From an uncultured Paludibacteraceae bacterium (GTDB taxonomy: Bacteria > Bacteroidota > Bacteroidia > Bacteroidales > Paludibacteraceae): a DNA stretch of 64,000 bases. The notes below the pieces were generated by a model. The model had not been told where the DNA came from. It searched no databases and saw only the letters and a list, made by a program, of their open reading frames with translations. Position numbers and translations under genes: made by a program. Positions 1 through 11,180 of the stretch are shown here, piece after piece. Each line of letters opens with the position of its first letter. Positions within the stretch are counted from its first letter, which is position 1. Where the stretch lies: the NCBI GenBank assembly GCA_964570565.1, contig CAZMYT010000004.1, forward strand, positions 114,256 to 178,255. Direction: 5' to 3'.

Positions 1-714
1 GAAAACGATTTATGTTTTGTGAGTGTTTTTGTTAATCCCACACAATTTAACGATAAAAACGATTTAGCTAACTATCCTCGCACTTTGGAAGCCGATGCTG
101 AATTATTAGCTTCTGTGGGTTGCCAATTTGTGTTTGCTCCTAATGCGGATGAAATGTATGATGCCGAAGAGATGCAAAAACCATTTGAATTCGATTTTGG
201 AGGACTTGATCAGGTGATGGAAGGTCGGTTTCGTCCAGGACATTTCAATGGCGTAGTGCAAGTAGTTAGTAAGTTATTTCAGTTGGTACAACCAACACGT
301 GCTTATTTTGGTGAAAAAGATTTCCAACAGCTCGCAATCATTCGTCGCATGGTGACTGTTCTGAATTTTCCTGTTGAAATTGTTGGCTGTCCTATTGTAC
401 GCGAAGAGAGTGGTTTGGCCTTGAGTAGTAGAAATGCGTTGTTAACCCCAGAACAACGTCAATTAGCGGTTCATATTTCTCAAGTTTTAAAGGAAAGTTG
501 CTTGTTTGCCTTGGAAACTCCTGTACACGAATTACATGATGCGGTAGTCGCAGCTGTCAATGCGCGTGAAGGATTGGAAGTAGAATATTTCGAAATTGTA
601 GATGGTAAAACCTTGCAACCGATTGAAAAATGGGAAGAAACCAATGATATTGTAGGCTGTATCACGGTATATTGTGGCAAAATCCGATTAATAGATAATA
701 TTCGCTATAAATAA
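1..714 (+). CDS. panC: pantoate--beta-alanine ligase (pantothenate synthetase), 5' end outside window
   Basis: Frame is open back to nt 1. Translation ([31 protein letters not shown]) reads as PanC. panD follows about 20 nt downstream. Confidence 0.9.
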   Translation, partial: ENDLCFVSVFVNPTQFNDKNDLANYPRTLEADAELLASVGCQFVFAPNADEMYDAEEMQKPFEFDFGGLDQVMEGRFRPGHFNGVVQVVSKLFQLVQPTRAYFGEKDFQQLAIIRRMVTVLNFPVEIVGCPIVREESGLALSSRNALLTPEQRQLAVHISQVLKESCLFALETPVHELHDAVVAAVNAREGLEVEYFEIVDGKTLQPIEKWEETNDIVGCITVYCGKIRLIDNIRYK

Positions 715-734
715 AACCAAAACATAAATTGCTC

Positions 735-1085
735 ATGTATTTAAACATTTTAAAATCAAAAATTCATCGTGTGACTGTCACGGAGTCGTGCCTCGATTAT
801 ATCGGTAGCATAACTATTGACGAGGATTTGATGGATGCTGCTAATTTGATTGCCAACGAAAAAGTTCAAATTGTAGATAATAATAATGGAAATCGTTTTG
901 AAACCTATGTGATTAAAGGCGAGCGTGGTTCGGGTGTTATTTGCTTGAATGGTGCTGCGGCTCATTTGGTGTCGGTGGGCGACGTAGTTATTATTATGGC
1001 TTATACGTGGCTCGAAGCCGAAGAAGCTCGCGTATTTAAACCTGCTGTTATTTTCCCTGATACTAAAACTAATAGATTGATTTAA
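735..1085 (+). CDS. panD: aspartate 1-decarboxylase
   Basis: [17 protein letters not shown]...YIGSITID is the PanD N-terminus, including the GS self-cleavage region. I prefer ATG at 735 over the TTG at 729 used by the ORF track. Confidence 0.9.
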   Translation: MYLNILKSKIHRVTVTESCLDYIGSITIDEDLMDAANLIANEKVQIVDNNNGNRFETYVIKGERGSGVICLNGAAAHLVSVGDVVIIMAYTWLEAEEARVFKPAVIFPDTKTNRLI

Positions 1086-1100
1086 TTGTCGTTAGATTAT

Positions 1101-1148
1101 AACAATAGCGCCTCATAACTTGTGTTGTGAGGCGCTATTGTTTTGTTT
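1101..1148. terminator. bidirectional rho-independent terminator between convergent panD and mtaB
   Basis: 15-bp stem aacaatagcgcctca / tgaggcgctattgtt followed by a T-run. Confidence 0.7.
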
Positions 1149-1154
1149 GAATGA

Positions 1155-2423
1155 CTAAATCACAATTTCTTGAATGGTGTTAATCAATTCTTTTTGATAG
1201 GGTGCTTCCACACGCACGTAATTTTCCGTAAAACCATGCATCGTGTCGCCCGCTTTGCTTGACTCCCAAAGAACCCACGCCGTACGTCCTTTTTGACTAT
1301 CGTAAAATGCTTGCGTTTTACGTTCTGAAAGTTGGTGCAACACATCATTGCGTTTTTTGCGTTCTGCGTGCGGTACATTATAATCAATGTCGAGGGCTTT
1401 GGTTCCAGCGCGTTCAGAATAGGTAAATACGTGCAGTTGTGATACAGGTAAACTATCTAAAAAGGAACGTGTTTCTTCAAAATAATCAGGCGTTTCGCCT
1501 CGTACACCAACCATCACATCTACACCAATGAATGCGTGTGGCATTAACGATTTGATTTTATGTATTTTATCGGCAAATAGTTCGCGTGTGTAGCGACGTT
1601 TCATTAATTTCAACACCTCATTGCTACCTGATTGTAACGGAATATGAAAGTGTGGCATAATGTGTTTTGAAGTCGATACGTAATCTATTATGTCATCTGT
1701 CAATAAATTTGGCTCAATACTCGAAATACGGTAACGAACGCCTTCTAACAGATCTAACGCTTTTAGTAAATCAAAGAACGTTTCTGAGGTATTATGCCCA
1801 AACTCGCCAATATTTACTCCCGTTAATACAATCTCTTTGGCACCTTCATCAATGGCTCGTTGGGCTACAGCCACAGTTTCTGCTACCGAAGTGTTTCTGC
1901 TACGTCCACGTGCAAATGGAATAGTGCAGTAGGTGCAATAATAATCGCAACCATCTTGTACTTTTAAGAAATGACGTGTCCGATCGTCGGCTGAACAGAT
2001 AGGTGTAAATTGGCGTATGTCAGCTGTTTTTACGGTATGTGATTCGCCTTTTTGTTTTTTTTCTAATTGTGTGATAAAATCGGGTAATGCACTTTTTTCG
2101 TTCGTTCCCAATACCAAATCGACACCAGGCATTTGTGTTATTTCATCGGGTTTCAATTGCGCATAACAGCCAGTCACGACTATCAAGGCATTGGGATGTC
2201 GATGTATGAGTTTATTGATGGCTTGTCGGCATTTTTTGTCGGCCGTATCGGTTACTGAACATGTATTAATAATGCAAATATCGGCATTTTCGCCCATTTT
2301 GGCACGTTGAAAACCAGCTTCGAGCAGTGAACGACCAATGGCTGAGGTTTCTGCAAAATTGAGTTTACAACCTAACGTCTGAAAAGCTACTTTTTTGCCG
2401 TTGAATTGGGAAGTATCAATCAT
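1155..2423 (-). CDS. mtaB: MiaB-like radical-SAM tRNA methylthiotransferase (MtaB type)
   Basis: MIDTSQFNGKKVAFQTLGCKLNFAETS N-terminus and a CDYYCTYC radical-SAM cluster motif. The start was trimmed to the ATG at 2423 because the 41 upstream codons of the ORF track look non-coding. Confidence 0.85.
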   Translation of the reverse strand: MIDTSQFNGKKVAFQTLGCKLNFAETSAIGRSLLEAGFQRAKMGENADICIINTCSVTDTADKKCRQAINKLIHRHPNALIVVTGCYAQLKPDEITQMPGVDLVLGTNEKSALPDFITQLEKKQKGESHTVKTADIRQFTPICSADDRTRHFLKVQDGCDYYCTYCTIPFARGRSRNTSVAETVAVAQRAIDEGAKEIVLTGVNIGEFGHNTSETFFDLLKALDLLEGVRYRISSIEPNLLTDDIIDYVSTSKHIMPHFHIPLQSGSNEVLKLMKRRYTRELFADKIHKIKSLMPHAFIGVDVMVGVRGETPDYFEETRSFLDSLPVSQLHVFTYSERAGTKALDIDYNVPHAERKKRNDVLHQLSERKTQAFYDSQKGRTAWVLWESSKAGDTMHGFTENYVRVEAPYQKELINTIQEIVI

Positions 2424-2631
2424 AATATAAAGTGAACAATTGCTCTTTAATTTGCTAATAAATAAGATATTAGAGTTTGTTTTAAAAGCTCTTTTGTTTC
2501 TGTTTTTAGTGATTACAAAAGTAGTGAAAAATATCACGTGGTACAATGGTGATGTTGTCCGTTAGTTCAAAGTGATATAGTAAAAGAACTCAGACGTGTT
2601 TTATCTGTTCGTTATCTTGGCTGTTTTTTAC

Positions 2632-2639
2632 TACTTTTG
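2632..2639 (+). promoter_or_regulatory. candidate Bacteroidota -7 box (TAnnTTTG) upstream of pabA
   Basis: TACTTTTG lies 36 nt upstream of the pabA ATG. Confidence 0.35.
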
Positions 2640-2674
2640 TACTCAATTTATAAACTTGTCTAGTTGCTCAAACC

Positions 2675-3238
2675 ATGATTCTTTTAGTAGATAACGACGA
2701 TTCGTTTACATATAATATTTTGGAGTTATTGCGGCGTACTACCAACGAACAGGTTACAGTACTCAATCATCGCGACGTGAATGTGGATATGGCAGCTTAT
2801 TACAATGCGTTGATTTTTTCTCCAGGCCCGTCGTTACCTCGCGATTTCCCCATTATGGAGCAATTGCTCGCACAGTACGACAGTTCTAAAGCCATTCTGG
2901 GAATTTGTTTGGGGTATCAAGCTATTTGCGAACATTACGGTGCACAGTTGGTGCAGAGTGACGTGGTACATCATGGCGAGCCTTCTATAATTAACTGTAA
3001 TCCTGATTCTATGCTGTTTGCTGGTATGACTAATACAGTTGTAGGGCGTTATCACTCGTGGCTGGCTACCCATATCCCATCGGAATTACGCATTACAGCA
3101 CGCGATAATTACGGTTCGGTGATGGCGGTGGAACATCTGTCTAAACGCGTGTTTGGTGTACAATTTCATCCAGAGTCGTACATTTCGGAGGCTGGTGAAC
3201 TCATACTTAAAAATTTTCTTCATGCAGCTTCAAAATAG
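2675..3238 (+). CDS. pabA: aminodeoxychorismate/anthranilate synthase glutamine amidotransferase component II
   Basis: Class-I GATase pattern (GICLGYQ, HSW, FHPES). It is followed by pabB and pabC rather than trp genes. Confidence 0.8.
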   Translation: MILLVDNDDSFTYNILELLRRTTNEQVTVLNHRDVNVDMAAYYNALIFSPGPSLPRDFPIMEQLLAQYDSSKAILGICLGYQAICEHYGAQLVQSDVVHHGEPSIINCNPDSMLFAGMTNTVVGRYHSWLATHIPSELRITARDNYGSVMAVEHLSKRVFGVQFHPESYISEAGELILKNFLHAASK

Positions 3239-4205
3239 AGAAACACTGCTTACGGCGATGAATCAATTGGGCGGCGCACGCATTCCGTTTTTGTTTTTGC
3301 TCGATTTCAAAGGCGATTCTGGCGTGGTAGTGAAGTTGTCCGATTTGTCGCAAACTGCTATTTCATGTGTCATCAAAGGCAAACAGTATGGTAAATCCGT
3401 GGTACCATCTGCCCAAAACGTATCGCTTACACCTCAACCTATTGCCGAAGCCGATTATACAACTCGGTTCGATGTTGTGAAACAGGAGATTTTACAGGGT
3501 AATTCATTTTTGTTGAATCTCACATTTCCGACTTATGTGGGTCGTAATTTGGCGTTGGACACCATTTTTTGTGAGGCATCAGCACCTTATCGTTTATTGG
3601 TGAAAGACGAGTTTCTTTGTTATTCACCAGAGTCATTTGTTACCATATCTGACAATACAATTAATACGTATCCCATGAAAGGTACTATTGATGCTCGTTT
3701 ACCTCATGCCGAACAGCTTTTATTGGACGATGAGAAAGAGTTGTTTGAACATTATACCATTGTCGATTTAATGCGTAACGATTTAGCGATGGTCTCTTCG
3801 CGCGTACAAGTGGAACGATTTAGGTATGTGGAGGCCATCGAAACGTCTCGTGGCACTATTTTGCAAACCAGTTCGCAGATTAGTGGTGATTTACCAACCG
3901 ATTGGCAGAATAATATCGGCACATTACTTTTAAAGTTGCTGCCAGCGGGTAGTATTTCGGGCGCACCAAAGCAGAAGACCGTAGAAATTATAGAGCAAGT
4001 CGAAATCACTCCGCGTGGTTTTTATACGGGTGTGATGGGCGTTTTCGATGGCGATTCGGTCGATAGTGCTGTGTTAATACGTTTTTTACGACGCGATACT
4101 GATGGTTGTTTTTATTATCATAGCGGTGGTGGCATTACCTGCAGAAGTGATGCCGCAGCGGAATATCATGAATTATTAGCCAAAATATATGTGCCAACTA
4201 TTTGA
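3222..4205 (+). CDS. pabB: aminodeoxychorismate synthase component I (short chorismate-binding form)
   Basis: Chorismate-binding C-terminal motifs (GSISGAPK, RGFYTGVMG, IRF). I prefer the start at ATG 3222, which overlaps the pabA stop by 17 nt. Confidence 0.75.
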   Translation: MQLQNRETLLTAMNQLGGARIPFLFLLDFKGDSGVVVKLSDLSQTAISCVIKGKQYGKSVVPSAQNVSLTPQPIAEADYTTRFDVVKQEILQGNSFLLNLTFPTYVGRNLALDTIFCEASAPYRLLVKDEFLCYSPESFVTISDNTINTYPMKGTIDARLPHAEQLLLDDEKELFEHYTIVDLMRNDLAMVSSRVQVERFRYVEAIETSRGTILQTSSQISGDLPTDWQNNIGTLLLKLLPAGSISGAPKQKTVEIIEQVEITPRGFYTGVMGVFDGDSVDSAVLIRFLRRDTDGCFYYHSGGGITCRSDAAAEYHELLAKIYVPTI

Positions 4206-4776
4206 AACTATTTGTATTGAAAATGGGGTGGAGCAAAACCTCGTTTATCATCAGCAACGGGTCAACCAATTGGCTTCGCATACGCTGATTGATTATATTA
4301 TACGTTTAGACTTGCCACGTGTGGGCACTCATCGTTTGCGCATCGACTATACGCCTACTCATATTGTACAACACACCATTACGCCGTATGTTCCCCGATT
4401 AATAAATTCGTTACAGCTTGTTGTGGTGGATGATAACTTTCAGTATGCGCATAAATGGGCTGATAGAAGTGCCTTGAACCGAGCTTTAGCACAAAAAAAT
4501 GATGCCGATGAAATTCTTATAGTCCGTCAAGGATTAATCACTGACACCTCTTTTAGCAATGTGTTGTTTCTGGATGGTACGCAGTGGGTAACGCCTGCCG
4601 AACCACTATTGGCTGGCACGTGTCGTGCCCGTTTAGTACATCAACGCCACATTCAAGCAACCACTATTCGACTGGAAGATTTAGCGCATTTTAGCCACTT
4701 TATGCTCATTAATGCCATGCGCGATTTTGACCTAGCACAAGCAATTCCTGTAACAGCTCAATCTATTCGTATTTAG
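4189..4776 (+). CDS. pabC: aminodeoxychorismate lyase-like class IV aminotransferase family protein
   Basis: LFETICIENG start, size and position after pabB. It overlaps the pabB stop by 17 nt. Confidence 0.6.
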   Translation: MCQLFETICIENGVEQNLVYHQQRVNQLASHTLIDYIIRLDLPRVGTHRLRIDYTPTHIVQHTITPYVPRLINSLQLVVVDDNFQYAHKWADRSALNRALAQKNDADEILIVRQGLITDTSFSNVLFLDGTQWVTPAEPLLAGTCRARLVHQRHIQATTIRLEDLAHFSHFMLINAMRDFDLAQAIPVTAQSIRI

Positions 4777-4781
4777 TTAAT

Positions 4782-4817
4782 AAAAAAACGCATTGATTTG
4801 GTTCAATGCGTTTTTTA
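4782..4817. terminator. bidirectional terminator between convergent pabC and gcvT
   Basis: acgcattga / tcaatgcgt stem flanked by an A-run and a T-run. Confidence 0.7.
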
Positions 4818-4834
4818 CGTTTATATTAGTTGGT

Positions 4835-5923
4835 TTACTTTCTAAATGGAGGTTTTACAACGATTGCTTTCAACTCTTTGTTGCGTATAGATACCGCAAT
4901 TTCGGTGCCTATTTTGGCGTATGGTGTTTGTACGTAACCTAATCCAATGCCAATTTTACGTGTTGGCGACATTGTTCCAGATGTTACGCGACCGATTACT
5001 GTTCCTTTTCCATCCGTAAGTTCGTAGTCGGCCCGTGGAATGCCGCGGTCTATCAATTCAAAGCCAATCAATTTGCGAGAAACGCCTTCGGCGCGTTGTC
5101 TGACGTATAAATCACCATCGATTAACGGTTTACCTTCGGCTGGTTTGGTAATCCATCCCAATCCTGCTTCGATAGGTGATGTCGTATCGTCAATTTCGTG
5201 TCCGTAGAGCGAATAGCCCATTTCCAAACGGAGCGTGTCGCGTGCGCCAAGTCCAATAGGTTTAATGTCGTATGGTTTTCCTGCCTCAAAAATGGCGTGC
5301 CAGAGTTGTTCGCCAAATTGTGGATAGAAGTAGAGTTCAAAACCGCCAGCTCCCGTGTAGCCAGTATTTGAAATAATTACATCGTCAACGCCAGCTAATG
5401 TACCTGTCGTAAAGGCATAATAAGGTATTTCGTTTAAATTGACGGACGTTAATTGTTGCAATAATTCCGCAGCTTTAGGTCCTTGAATGGCGAGTTGTGC
5501 CATTCTATCCGATGCATTTTCGAGTATGGCGCCTTCTGCATTATTGGCATTCACCCATTCCCAGTCTTTATCAATATTGGCAGCATTTACTACCAGTAGA
5601 TATTTTTCGGTTTCGTAGTGGTATACAATTAAATCGTCCACAATACCACCTTTACCATTTGGAAAACAGTTGTATTGCGCTTTGCCAATTGGAATTGCTG
5701 TGATATCATTGCTACACACTTTTTGTAAAAATGGAAGAGCTTGTGGTCCTTTTACCCAGAATTCGCCCATGTGCGATACATCAAACACACCGACACCGTT
5801 TACCACAGTCATGTGTTCGTCTATAATGCCAGTACTGTACTCAATAGGCATATTATACCCTGCAAATTCGTGCATTTTAGCACCTAGAGCGATGTGAATA
5901 TCTGTAAATGGAGTTGTTTTCAT
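4835..5923 (-). CDS. gcvT: glycine cleavage system aminomethyltransferase T
   Basis: Full-length GcvT-like translation (MKTTPFTD...[10 protein letters not shown]...DVSHMGEF). Confidence 0.92.
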   Translation of the reverse strand: MKTTPFTDIHIALGAKMHEFAGYNMPIEYSTGIIDEHMTVVNGVGVFDVSHMGEFWVKGPQALPFLQKVCSNDITAIPIGKAQYNCFPNGKGGIVDDLIVYHYETEKYLLVVNAANIDKDWEWVNANNAEGAILENASDRMAQLAIQGPKAAELLQQLTSVNLNEIPYYAFTTGTLAGVDDVIISNTGYTGAGGFELYFYPQFGEQLWHAIFEAGKPYDIKPIGLGARDTLRLEMGYSLYGHEIDDTTSPIEAGLGWITKPAEGKPLIDGDLYVRQRAEGVSRKLIGFELIDRGIPRADYELTDGKGTVIGRVTSGTMSPTRKIGIGLGYVQTPYAKIGTEIAVSIRNKELKAIVVKPPFRK

Positions 5924-5950
5924 AGTTTTTTATTACAACTTAAATGCTGT

Positions 5951-7168
5951 TTATTTTACCATTTTTACAATATTGAGAATAACTTCTGTTGCTTTTTCCA
6001 TCGATTGAATAGGCACAAATTCGTAACGACCGTGGAAATTATGCCCGCCTGCAAAAATATTAGGGCAGGGAAGTCCTTTAAACGATAATTGTGCGCCATC
6101 TGTGCCACCACGAATTGGTTTTACTTGAGGTTTTACGCCTGCAGCTTCCATAGCAGCAAACGCCAAGTCGATAATATGCATCACTGGTTCAATTTTTTCG
6201 CGCATGTTGTAGTATTGATCTTTCAATTCAACACTCGCCGTACCTGCTCCGAATTCGGCATTTATTTTATTTACTAAATGTTGAATTTCAGCTTTGCGGC
6301 TTTCAAAGCGAGCACGGTCATGATCGCGAATGATATAAGTAAGTGTAGAACTTTCCACATCGCCTTGCATGCCAACTAAATGATAAAAACCTTCGTAATT
6401 TTCGGTATGTTCTGGTGTTTCGTGGCGTGGTAGCATGGTGGCAAATTGGTGCGCTACACGCATGGAATTGAGCATTTTGTGTTTAGCATAGCCTGGATGC
6501 ACATTGCGTCCTTTGAATGTGATTTTAGCTGAAGCCGCGTTGAAATTTTCATATTCTAATTCGCCAATTTCGCCTCCGTCCATGGTATAAGCCCAGTCGG
6601 CACCAAATTTCTCAACATCGAAATGGTGAGGTCCTTGACCGATTTCTTCATCTGGTGTAAATGCCACACGCACTTTGCCATGTTTTATTTCAGGATGTTT
6701 TACTAAATAATCCATAGCAGTCATAATTTCAGCGATACCAGCTTTATCGTCGGCACCTAGCAATGTGCGTCCGTTGGTCACAATTAAATCTTGTCCTACA
6801 TACAGTTTGAGTTCTGGAAATTGTTCAGTCGATAAAACAATAGCGTCTTCAGCATTCAGTAAAATATCGTTGCCGTTGTATTTTTCCACAATGCGTGGTT
6901 GCACATGTTTCCCGGTCATATCAGGAGCGGTATCCAAATGCGCTATAAATCCTAGTGTTGGTAATTCTTTATCGGAATTGGCTGGTAATGTAGCCATTAC
7001 GTAACCGTTTTTATCCACTTCGGCATCTTTTAACCCAATTGCTTTGAGCTCTTCCACTAAGAAATTTGCAAAAATCATTTGTCCAGGAGTACTCGGCGTA
7101 AGTCCTGTTGTGTCGTCAGAGGTGGTGGCGAACGTTACGTATTTTAAAAAGCGTTCAGTAAGCGTCAT
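5951..7168 (-). CDS. pepT: peptidase T (tripeptide aminopeptidase, M20B)
   Basis: [11 protein letters not shown]...HLDTAPD...[11 protein letters not shown] motifs typical of PepT. Confidence 0.9.
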   Translation of the reverse strand: MTLTERFLKYVTFATTSDDTTGLTPSTPGQMIFANFLVEELKAIGLKDAEVDKNGYVMATLPANSDKELPTLGFIAHLDTAPDMTGKHVQPRIVEKYNGNDILLNAEDAIVLSTEQFPELKLYVGQDLIVTNGRTLLGADDKAGIAEIMTAMDYLVKHPEIKHGKVRVAFTPDEEIGQGPHHFDVEKFGADWAYTMDGGEIGELEYENFNAASAKITFKGRNVHPGYAKHKMLNSMRVAHQFATMLPRHETPEHTENYEGFYHLVGMQGDVESSTLTYIIRDHDRARFESRKAEIQHLVNKINAEFGAGTASVELKDQYYNMREKIEPVMHIIDLAFAAMEAAGVKPQVKPIRGGTDGAQLSFKGLPCPNIFAGGHNFHGRYEFVPIQSMEKATEVILNIVKMVK

Positions 7169-7259
7169 GCTAATGTTTATTTTAAGGTTGTTATTGTGCT
7201 TGCAAAGTTACTTTTTTTGCTTTGATAAAACAATTATAACTGGTCAAAAAAATGTACTC

Positions 7260-10088
7260 TTAGCGGTTACATAAATTTTTAAAATGACAATATTCACACA
7301 GTTTGGTATCTGTACATTGTGTGAATGGTTTTTCAGAATTAAAAATATCTGATAAACAGTTTGTTAAACCTGTTTCAAAAGATTCTTTGAAGTTGTTGTA
7401 ATCGTCAATAATTGTGGTTTCGTTTTTCGATGGACTGTATTTGATTTGGTAATTTTCAAGGTCTCGTAAACTATAAATACTTGGTTTTAGCTGTTTTCCT
7501 GTCTTGCAGTTTAGCTGGTACAGCATGGCGTAGAAAAATGTTTGTAGCACGGCTTTAGGTCTTTTGTCATTCGTGCTATCGAATAAATCGTCGATATTCT
7601 GAAATTCAGTGCTCGCTTTGCCTGTTTTGTAATCTACAATGTGTGTTACGTTTTGCTGTTCGTCTACGCGGTCAATTATTCCTTTTAGATTCACCGACAG
7701 TCCATTTTCTAACGTCAGTGCTGTTGTTAGCGATAATTCAGTCTCCAGATATAGAAAAGGTGCCCGTATACGTTGGTCGAATTGCAACGTTTGTATGACG
7801 TATGCTTTTATAATATTGGCAATCAGTAAATTTTCGCCCAATAGCGGCATGTTTGTTTTGTTTTTGTAAAACGTTTTATTGAATGCCGCGTGGATGTAAT
7901 TATCTAACGAAATAGTTCCTTGAATAAGTTGTTTGATAATTTCTTTAGTGACCATTTGTCCTTTGTAAGGCTTGTATACCGACTCCATGACGGCGTGAAA
8001 TAGTGTACCAAATGTGTTCGATTCTATGGTTTCACTTACAGCATCAGGCGGAGTTAAGGCTTCTATTTTAGAAAAATAAAAGCGAAGTGGACAATCAATG
8101 TAATTATTGATGTCGCTTGCAGCAATGGCTTTCCCTGAATCAGCTTGTGTGAAAAGAGCTAGTCGTTCTATAATTCGCTCATCTTTTACAACGACAATAG
8201 GCTCTGTTTTTTTTGACGATACACTATAGCTAACTGCTTTATGAACAATCGGTATTTGGTATAGATATTCCAATTGGGCCGCATAACGGCTCAATTCTCC
8301 GTGTTGCCCATCGGTGCGCGAATCGTAGAGTAGAAATACACGTTTTGCGCGGTAAATCATGCGGTAAAAATTGTATGCAAAAATAGCATCGTGATATTCG
8401 TAAGTTGGCAGCCCGAATGCACGACGTAAACTGTAGGGAATGACCGATGGATTGTTGTTCTTTCGTGGAAAAACACCTTCGTTAAAGGAGGTGATAATCA
8501 AATTGTCGAAATCTAACGCACGGGTTTCCAAAGTACCCATAAGTTGTAATCCTTGCAGAGGCTCGCCTTTAAAAGCAATGGTGATATTGCTCGTGAGTTG
8601 TTTCAATAATTTGAAAAATGTATCGGTTGAAAGGTTTACATGTGTCTGTTTTAGGTTGTCCTCTAAACGATTGATAGCTGCTTGATAATGAGCAAAATAT
8701 TCTGCATCTAATTGTCTGTTGGCATCACTGTAAGTGTGTTCCGAAAGCAATTGTGTAATGGTTGAAAAATAGGCAATGAATTCGCTTGTTTCGGTAATAG
8801 GCGCAAACAAGGCATCGAACAATTTATTCTTATTTAATTCATCGTGGCTGACTAAAAACAAATTGTCTTTGTGAATTTTTGCCGTCATTTGTTCCACGTC
8901 ATTTGCTGCATAATCCACAATGTAAGGATGGTTTAGAATTGCCAACACATGTTTGTAATAAAAATGTGTTTTTCCATCTATCAAACGACCATTTTTTTGC
9001 AAAGCTACCAAGTGATCCATGAGTGCTGCTATAGGTGTGAGCGACAAAGGATAACCCATAGTTATATTAATCGTGTCGATACTTTCGGGAATGGCATGTA
9101 ACATGGGAATTAGCAACTGTTCATCGGGCAAAACAATGGCTGTTTTGAGTCCAACTTGTTCCTGTTGTTTGCTTTGCAACTCCTCTAAAATAGTGTACAC
9201 TTGCTTGGTTTGACTAACATCTGAAGGTATGGCTATCAGTTCTACGTGACGCTCCAAATTGGTGGTTGGCTCGTCAAGATCAAATTCGGAATGAAATTTG
9301 GCTTCGTTTTCTGGTATAAATTGATTTGCCACATTGCCTACTGTTCTAATTTCAGGCGATTGATAATCAAAATAATAATCGCCAATGCCCAATTGCTGGT
9401 ATTTTTTGAAAATTTGTTCTTCGGTGGCTGTGAGGGCATTAAAACCAACAAAAATAACTCGTTTGTAGGTTACCGCTAAAGGCGTTTTACTTTCGGCCAC
9501 TTCTCTAAAAATCATGCCGTCGTAGCCAATGCCTTGTGCTCGTAAATCATCTCGGAATGTTTTGTATAGCGTAAATAAACCGCTCCACATTTCCACAAAT
9601 TGTGTTTCGAGATTGCGTCCATGTTCTTTTAAAAAATAGCCCCAAAATTGCTTGATGATTGTTTTTTGTTCATCACTCATCCAGCTTAAATCGCCCTCAA
9701 TATCTTTGATGTCGCTGATGTTTTGGAACAGTTGTTTGGCATCTATGAGGTATTTATCTATTTCATTGAAATCGGATAACAGCATATCGCCTAAAAATAG
9801 GAATGTATCGAAGGTTTCTTCGTCATTCACTACTTTCTTAAAGCTATTGTATAAGGTGAACAGTAGCGTGATTTTATCGGCTTGAAGTAAAGTGGATTCT
9901 TTTAGAAATAGATCGTTAATGGCTACAATGTCGGGAGCAAATAGAGGCTTGTTAGCCACTTTGGCCAACGCCTTACGAAAAAATAAGCCCGCCCGGCGAT
10001 TCGGAAAGACAAAGGCGAATTCACTGAGTTCCTCTCCGTAAGTGTGGTAATACCGCTGGGCTAGTTGTTCCAGAAAAGGTGTCATCAT
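7260..10088 (-). CDS. AddB-like PD-(D/E)XK nuclease family protein (942 aa)
   Basis: Size, a C-terminal nuclease region (IDRVDE...DYKTGK) and a terminal Cys cluster (C..CEYCHFKNLC) resemble the AddB Fe-S nuclease domain. No helicase partner is present in the window. Confidence 0.6.
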   Translation of the reverse strand: MMTPFLEQLAQRYYHTYGEELSEFAFVFPNRRAGLFFRKALAKVANKPLFAPDIVAINDLFLKESTLLQADKITLLFTLYNSFKKVVNDEETFDTFLFLGDMLLSDFNEIDKYLIDAKQLFQNISDIKDIEGDLSWMSDEQKTIIKQFWGYFLKEHGRNLETQFVEMWSGLFTLYKTFRDDLRAQGIGYDGMIFREVAESKTPLAVTYKRVIFVGFNALTATEEQIFKKYQQLGIGDYYFDYQSPEIRTVGNVANQFIPENEAKFHSEFDLDEPTTNLERHVELIAIPSDVSQTKQVYTILEELQSKQQEQVGLKTAIVLPDEQLLIPMLHAIPESIDTINITMGYPLSLTPIAALMDHLVALQKNGRLIDGKTHFYYKHVLAILNHPYIVDYAANDVEQMTAKIHKDNLFLVSHDELNKNKLFDALFAPITETSEFIAYFSTITQLLSEHTYSDANRQLDAEYFAHYQAAINRLEDNLKQTHVNLSTDTFFKLLKQLTSNITIAFKGEPLQGLQLMGTLETRALDFDNLIITSFNEGVFPRKNNNPSVIPYSLRRAFGLPTYEYHDAIFAYNFYRMIYRAKRVFLLYDSRTDGQHGELSRYAAQLEYLYQIPIVHKAVSYSVSSKKTEPIVVVKDERIIERLALFTQADSGKAIAASDINNYIDCPLRFYFSKIEALTPPDAVSETIESNTFGTLFHAVMESVYKPYKGQMVTKEIIKQLIQGTISLDNYIHAAFNKTFYKNKTNMPLLGENLLIANIIKAYVIQTLQFDQRIRAPFLYLETELSLTTALTLENGLSVNLKGIIDRVDEQQNVTHIVDYKTGKASTEFQNIDDLFDSTNDKRPKAVLQTFFYAMLYQLNCKTGKQLKPSIYSLRDLENYQIKYSPSKNETTIIDDYNNFKESFETGLTNCLSDIFNSEKPFTQCTDTKLCEYCHFKNLCNR

Positions 10089-10279
10089 CTGTTGCGTTGT
10101 TGTATTTTTGAAGGCACTAAATTACAAAAAAATGTGTAATGATGGTCTTTAATTTTACAAAAAATAGATATTAACATGAGTTCCACGGCTTTTTGAGGAA
10201 ATTAGTGAGTGGTCTTGCAGCGTTTTAGATTGTTAGTGCATCATCCTATTTGTAAACTCCATTTTAAATTTCATACGCT

Positions 10280-11035
10280 ATGAATAAAATTAAGTATCGT
10301 TTTGTGTCGATGTTGCTAGTAATATTCACCAGTGCAACATTTGTATCGTGTTTGAACGAGTCAGAACCTGTTGAACCATACACCATTGCGGTGTGGACAG
10401 CGCAACGTGCTCAGGACCAACAGTTGTATTTTATGGCAGATGATGATTCTACTACGTTTGTGCCTAGTTATACTTTGTCTTATCCCGACTCTTTGTTGGG
10501 AAAACGCTGTTATGTGGAATTTAATTTACGTACCCAGAAAAAAGAGGGTTACACCTATGTGGTAGATGTGCGTTATATTCAATCGGTACCAACTTGGAGT
10601 CTGTTTGATATTCGTACAGCCAATCAAAGTGATAGTTTAGGTAATGATCCCACAAACATAATGGTGGCTTGGGTGAGTGGCAATTACCTTAATATGATGT
10701 ATCAATATTACGGCACAGGAACTATTAAACACAGTTTTACCTTAGCACGTAACTATTTAAGTACTGAAACAGTACCTGATTCAGTGATTAATTTAGAATT
10801 TAGACACAATAGGAAGTTGGATCAGGCAGGACAACGCTACGATCACGTAGCATCATTTGATATCAGTTCTTTAGCCGTCGATAAAACTACTGATTTTTAC
10901 ATTAATATCAAGTATTATCATCCTAATGGTTACTACAATTCATTTAAAATTAAAGTGCCTATTGCTAACATAAAGCAACCTGTACCATTTTATATAGGCC
11001 GTCCATTTTACTTATCGGAGTGGGGACGTAGCTAA
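10280..11035 (+). CDS. lipoprotein, NigD-like (tentative)
   Basis: Lipoprotein signal ending in VSC. The size and the pattern ...YFMADDDSTTFVP...GKRCYVEFN... recall the Bacteroidales NigD family. Confidence 0.45.
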   Translation: MNKIKYRFVSMLLVIFTSATFVSCLNESEPVEPYTIAVWTAQRAQDQQLYFMADDDSTTFVPSYTLSYPDSLLGKRCYVEFNLRTQKKEGYTYVVDVRYIQSVPTWSLFDIRTANQSDSLGNDPTNIMVAWVSGNYLNMMYQYYGTGTIKHSFTLARNYLSTETVPDSVINLEFRHNRKLDQAGQRYDHVASFDISSLAVDKTTDFYINIKYYHPNGYYNSFKIKVPIANIKQPVPFYIGRPFYLSEWGRS

Positions 11036-11056
11036 CCTGTTAAAAGTGTTGTATTA

Positions 11057-11097
11057 AAAGAGAGATTGTTTGTTGAAAACTTCTCTCTTTTTTTTTG
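11057..11097 (+). terminator. rho-independent terminator
   Basis: aaaagagaga / tctctctttt stem followed by a long T-run. Confidence 0.65.
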
Positions 11098-11180
11098 ACC
11101 TCATATTAAAATAATTCTTACATTTGCATGATTTCTTCGAAAATTGGTGGAAAACCAAAACAATTTAACTTATTAAAATT

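Noticed and set aside
2424-2546. N-terminal extensions proposed by the ORF track (also 17383-17520 for pheS, 3153-3221 for pabB, 55616-55699 for DUF354, 35580-35606 for the four-helix-bundle gene).
   Set aside because: The extensions are low-complexity and non-conserved-looking, and they overlap upstream genes or promoters. Internal ATGs give N-termini that match the expected family starts.
7260-10088. A solitary AddB-like nuclease without an adjacent AddA/UvrD-type helicase, considered as a possible novel defence gene.
   Set aside because: The flanks are housekeeping genes (pepT, a lipoprotein). Large PD-(D/E)XK proteins of this size are common core genes in Bacteroidota, and the partner may simply be encoded elsewhere. 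Nothing in the sequence marks it as accessory.
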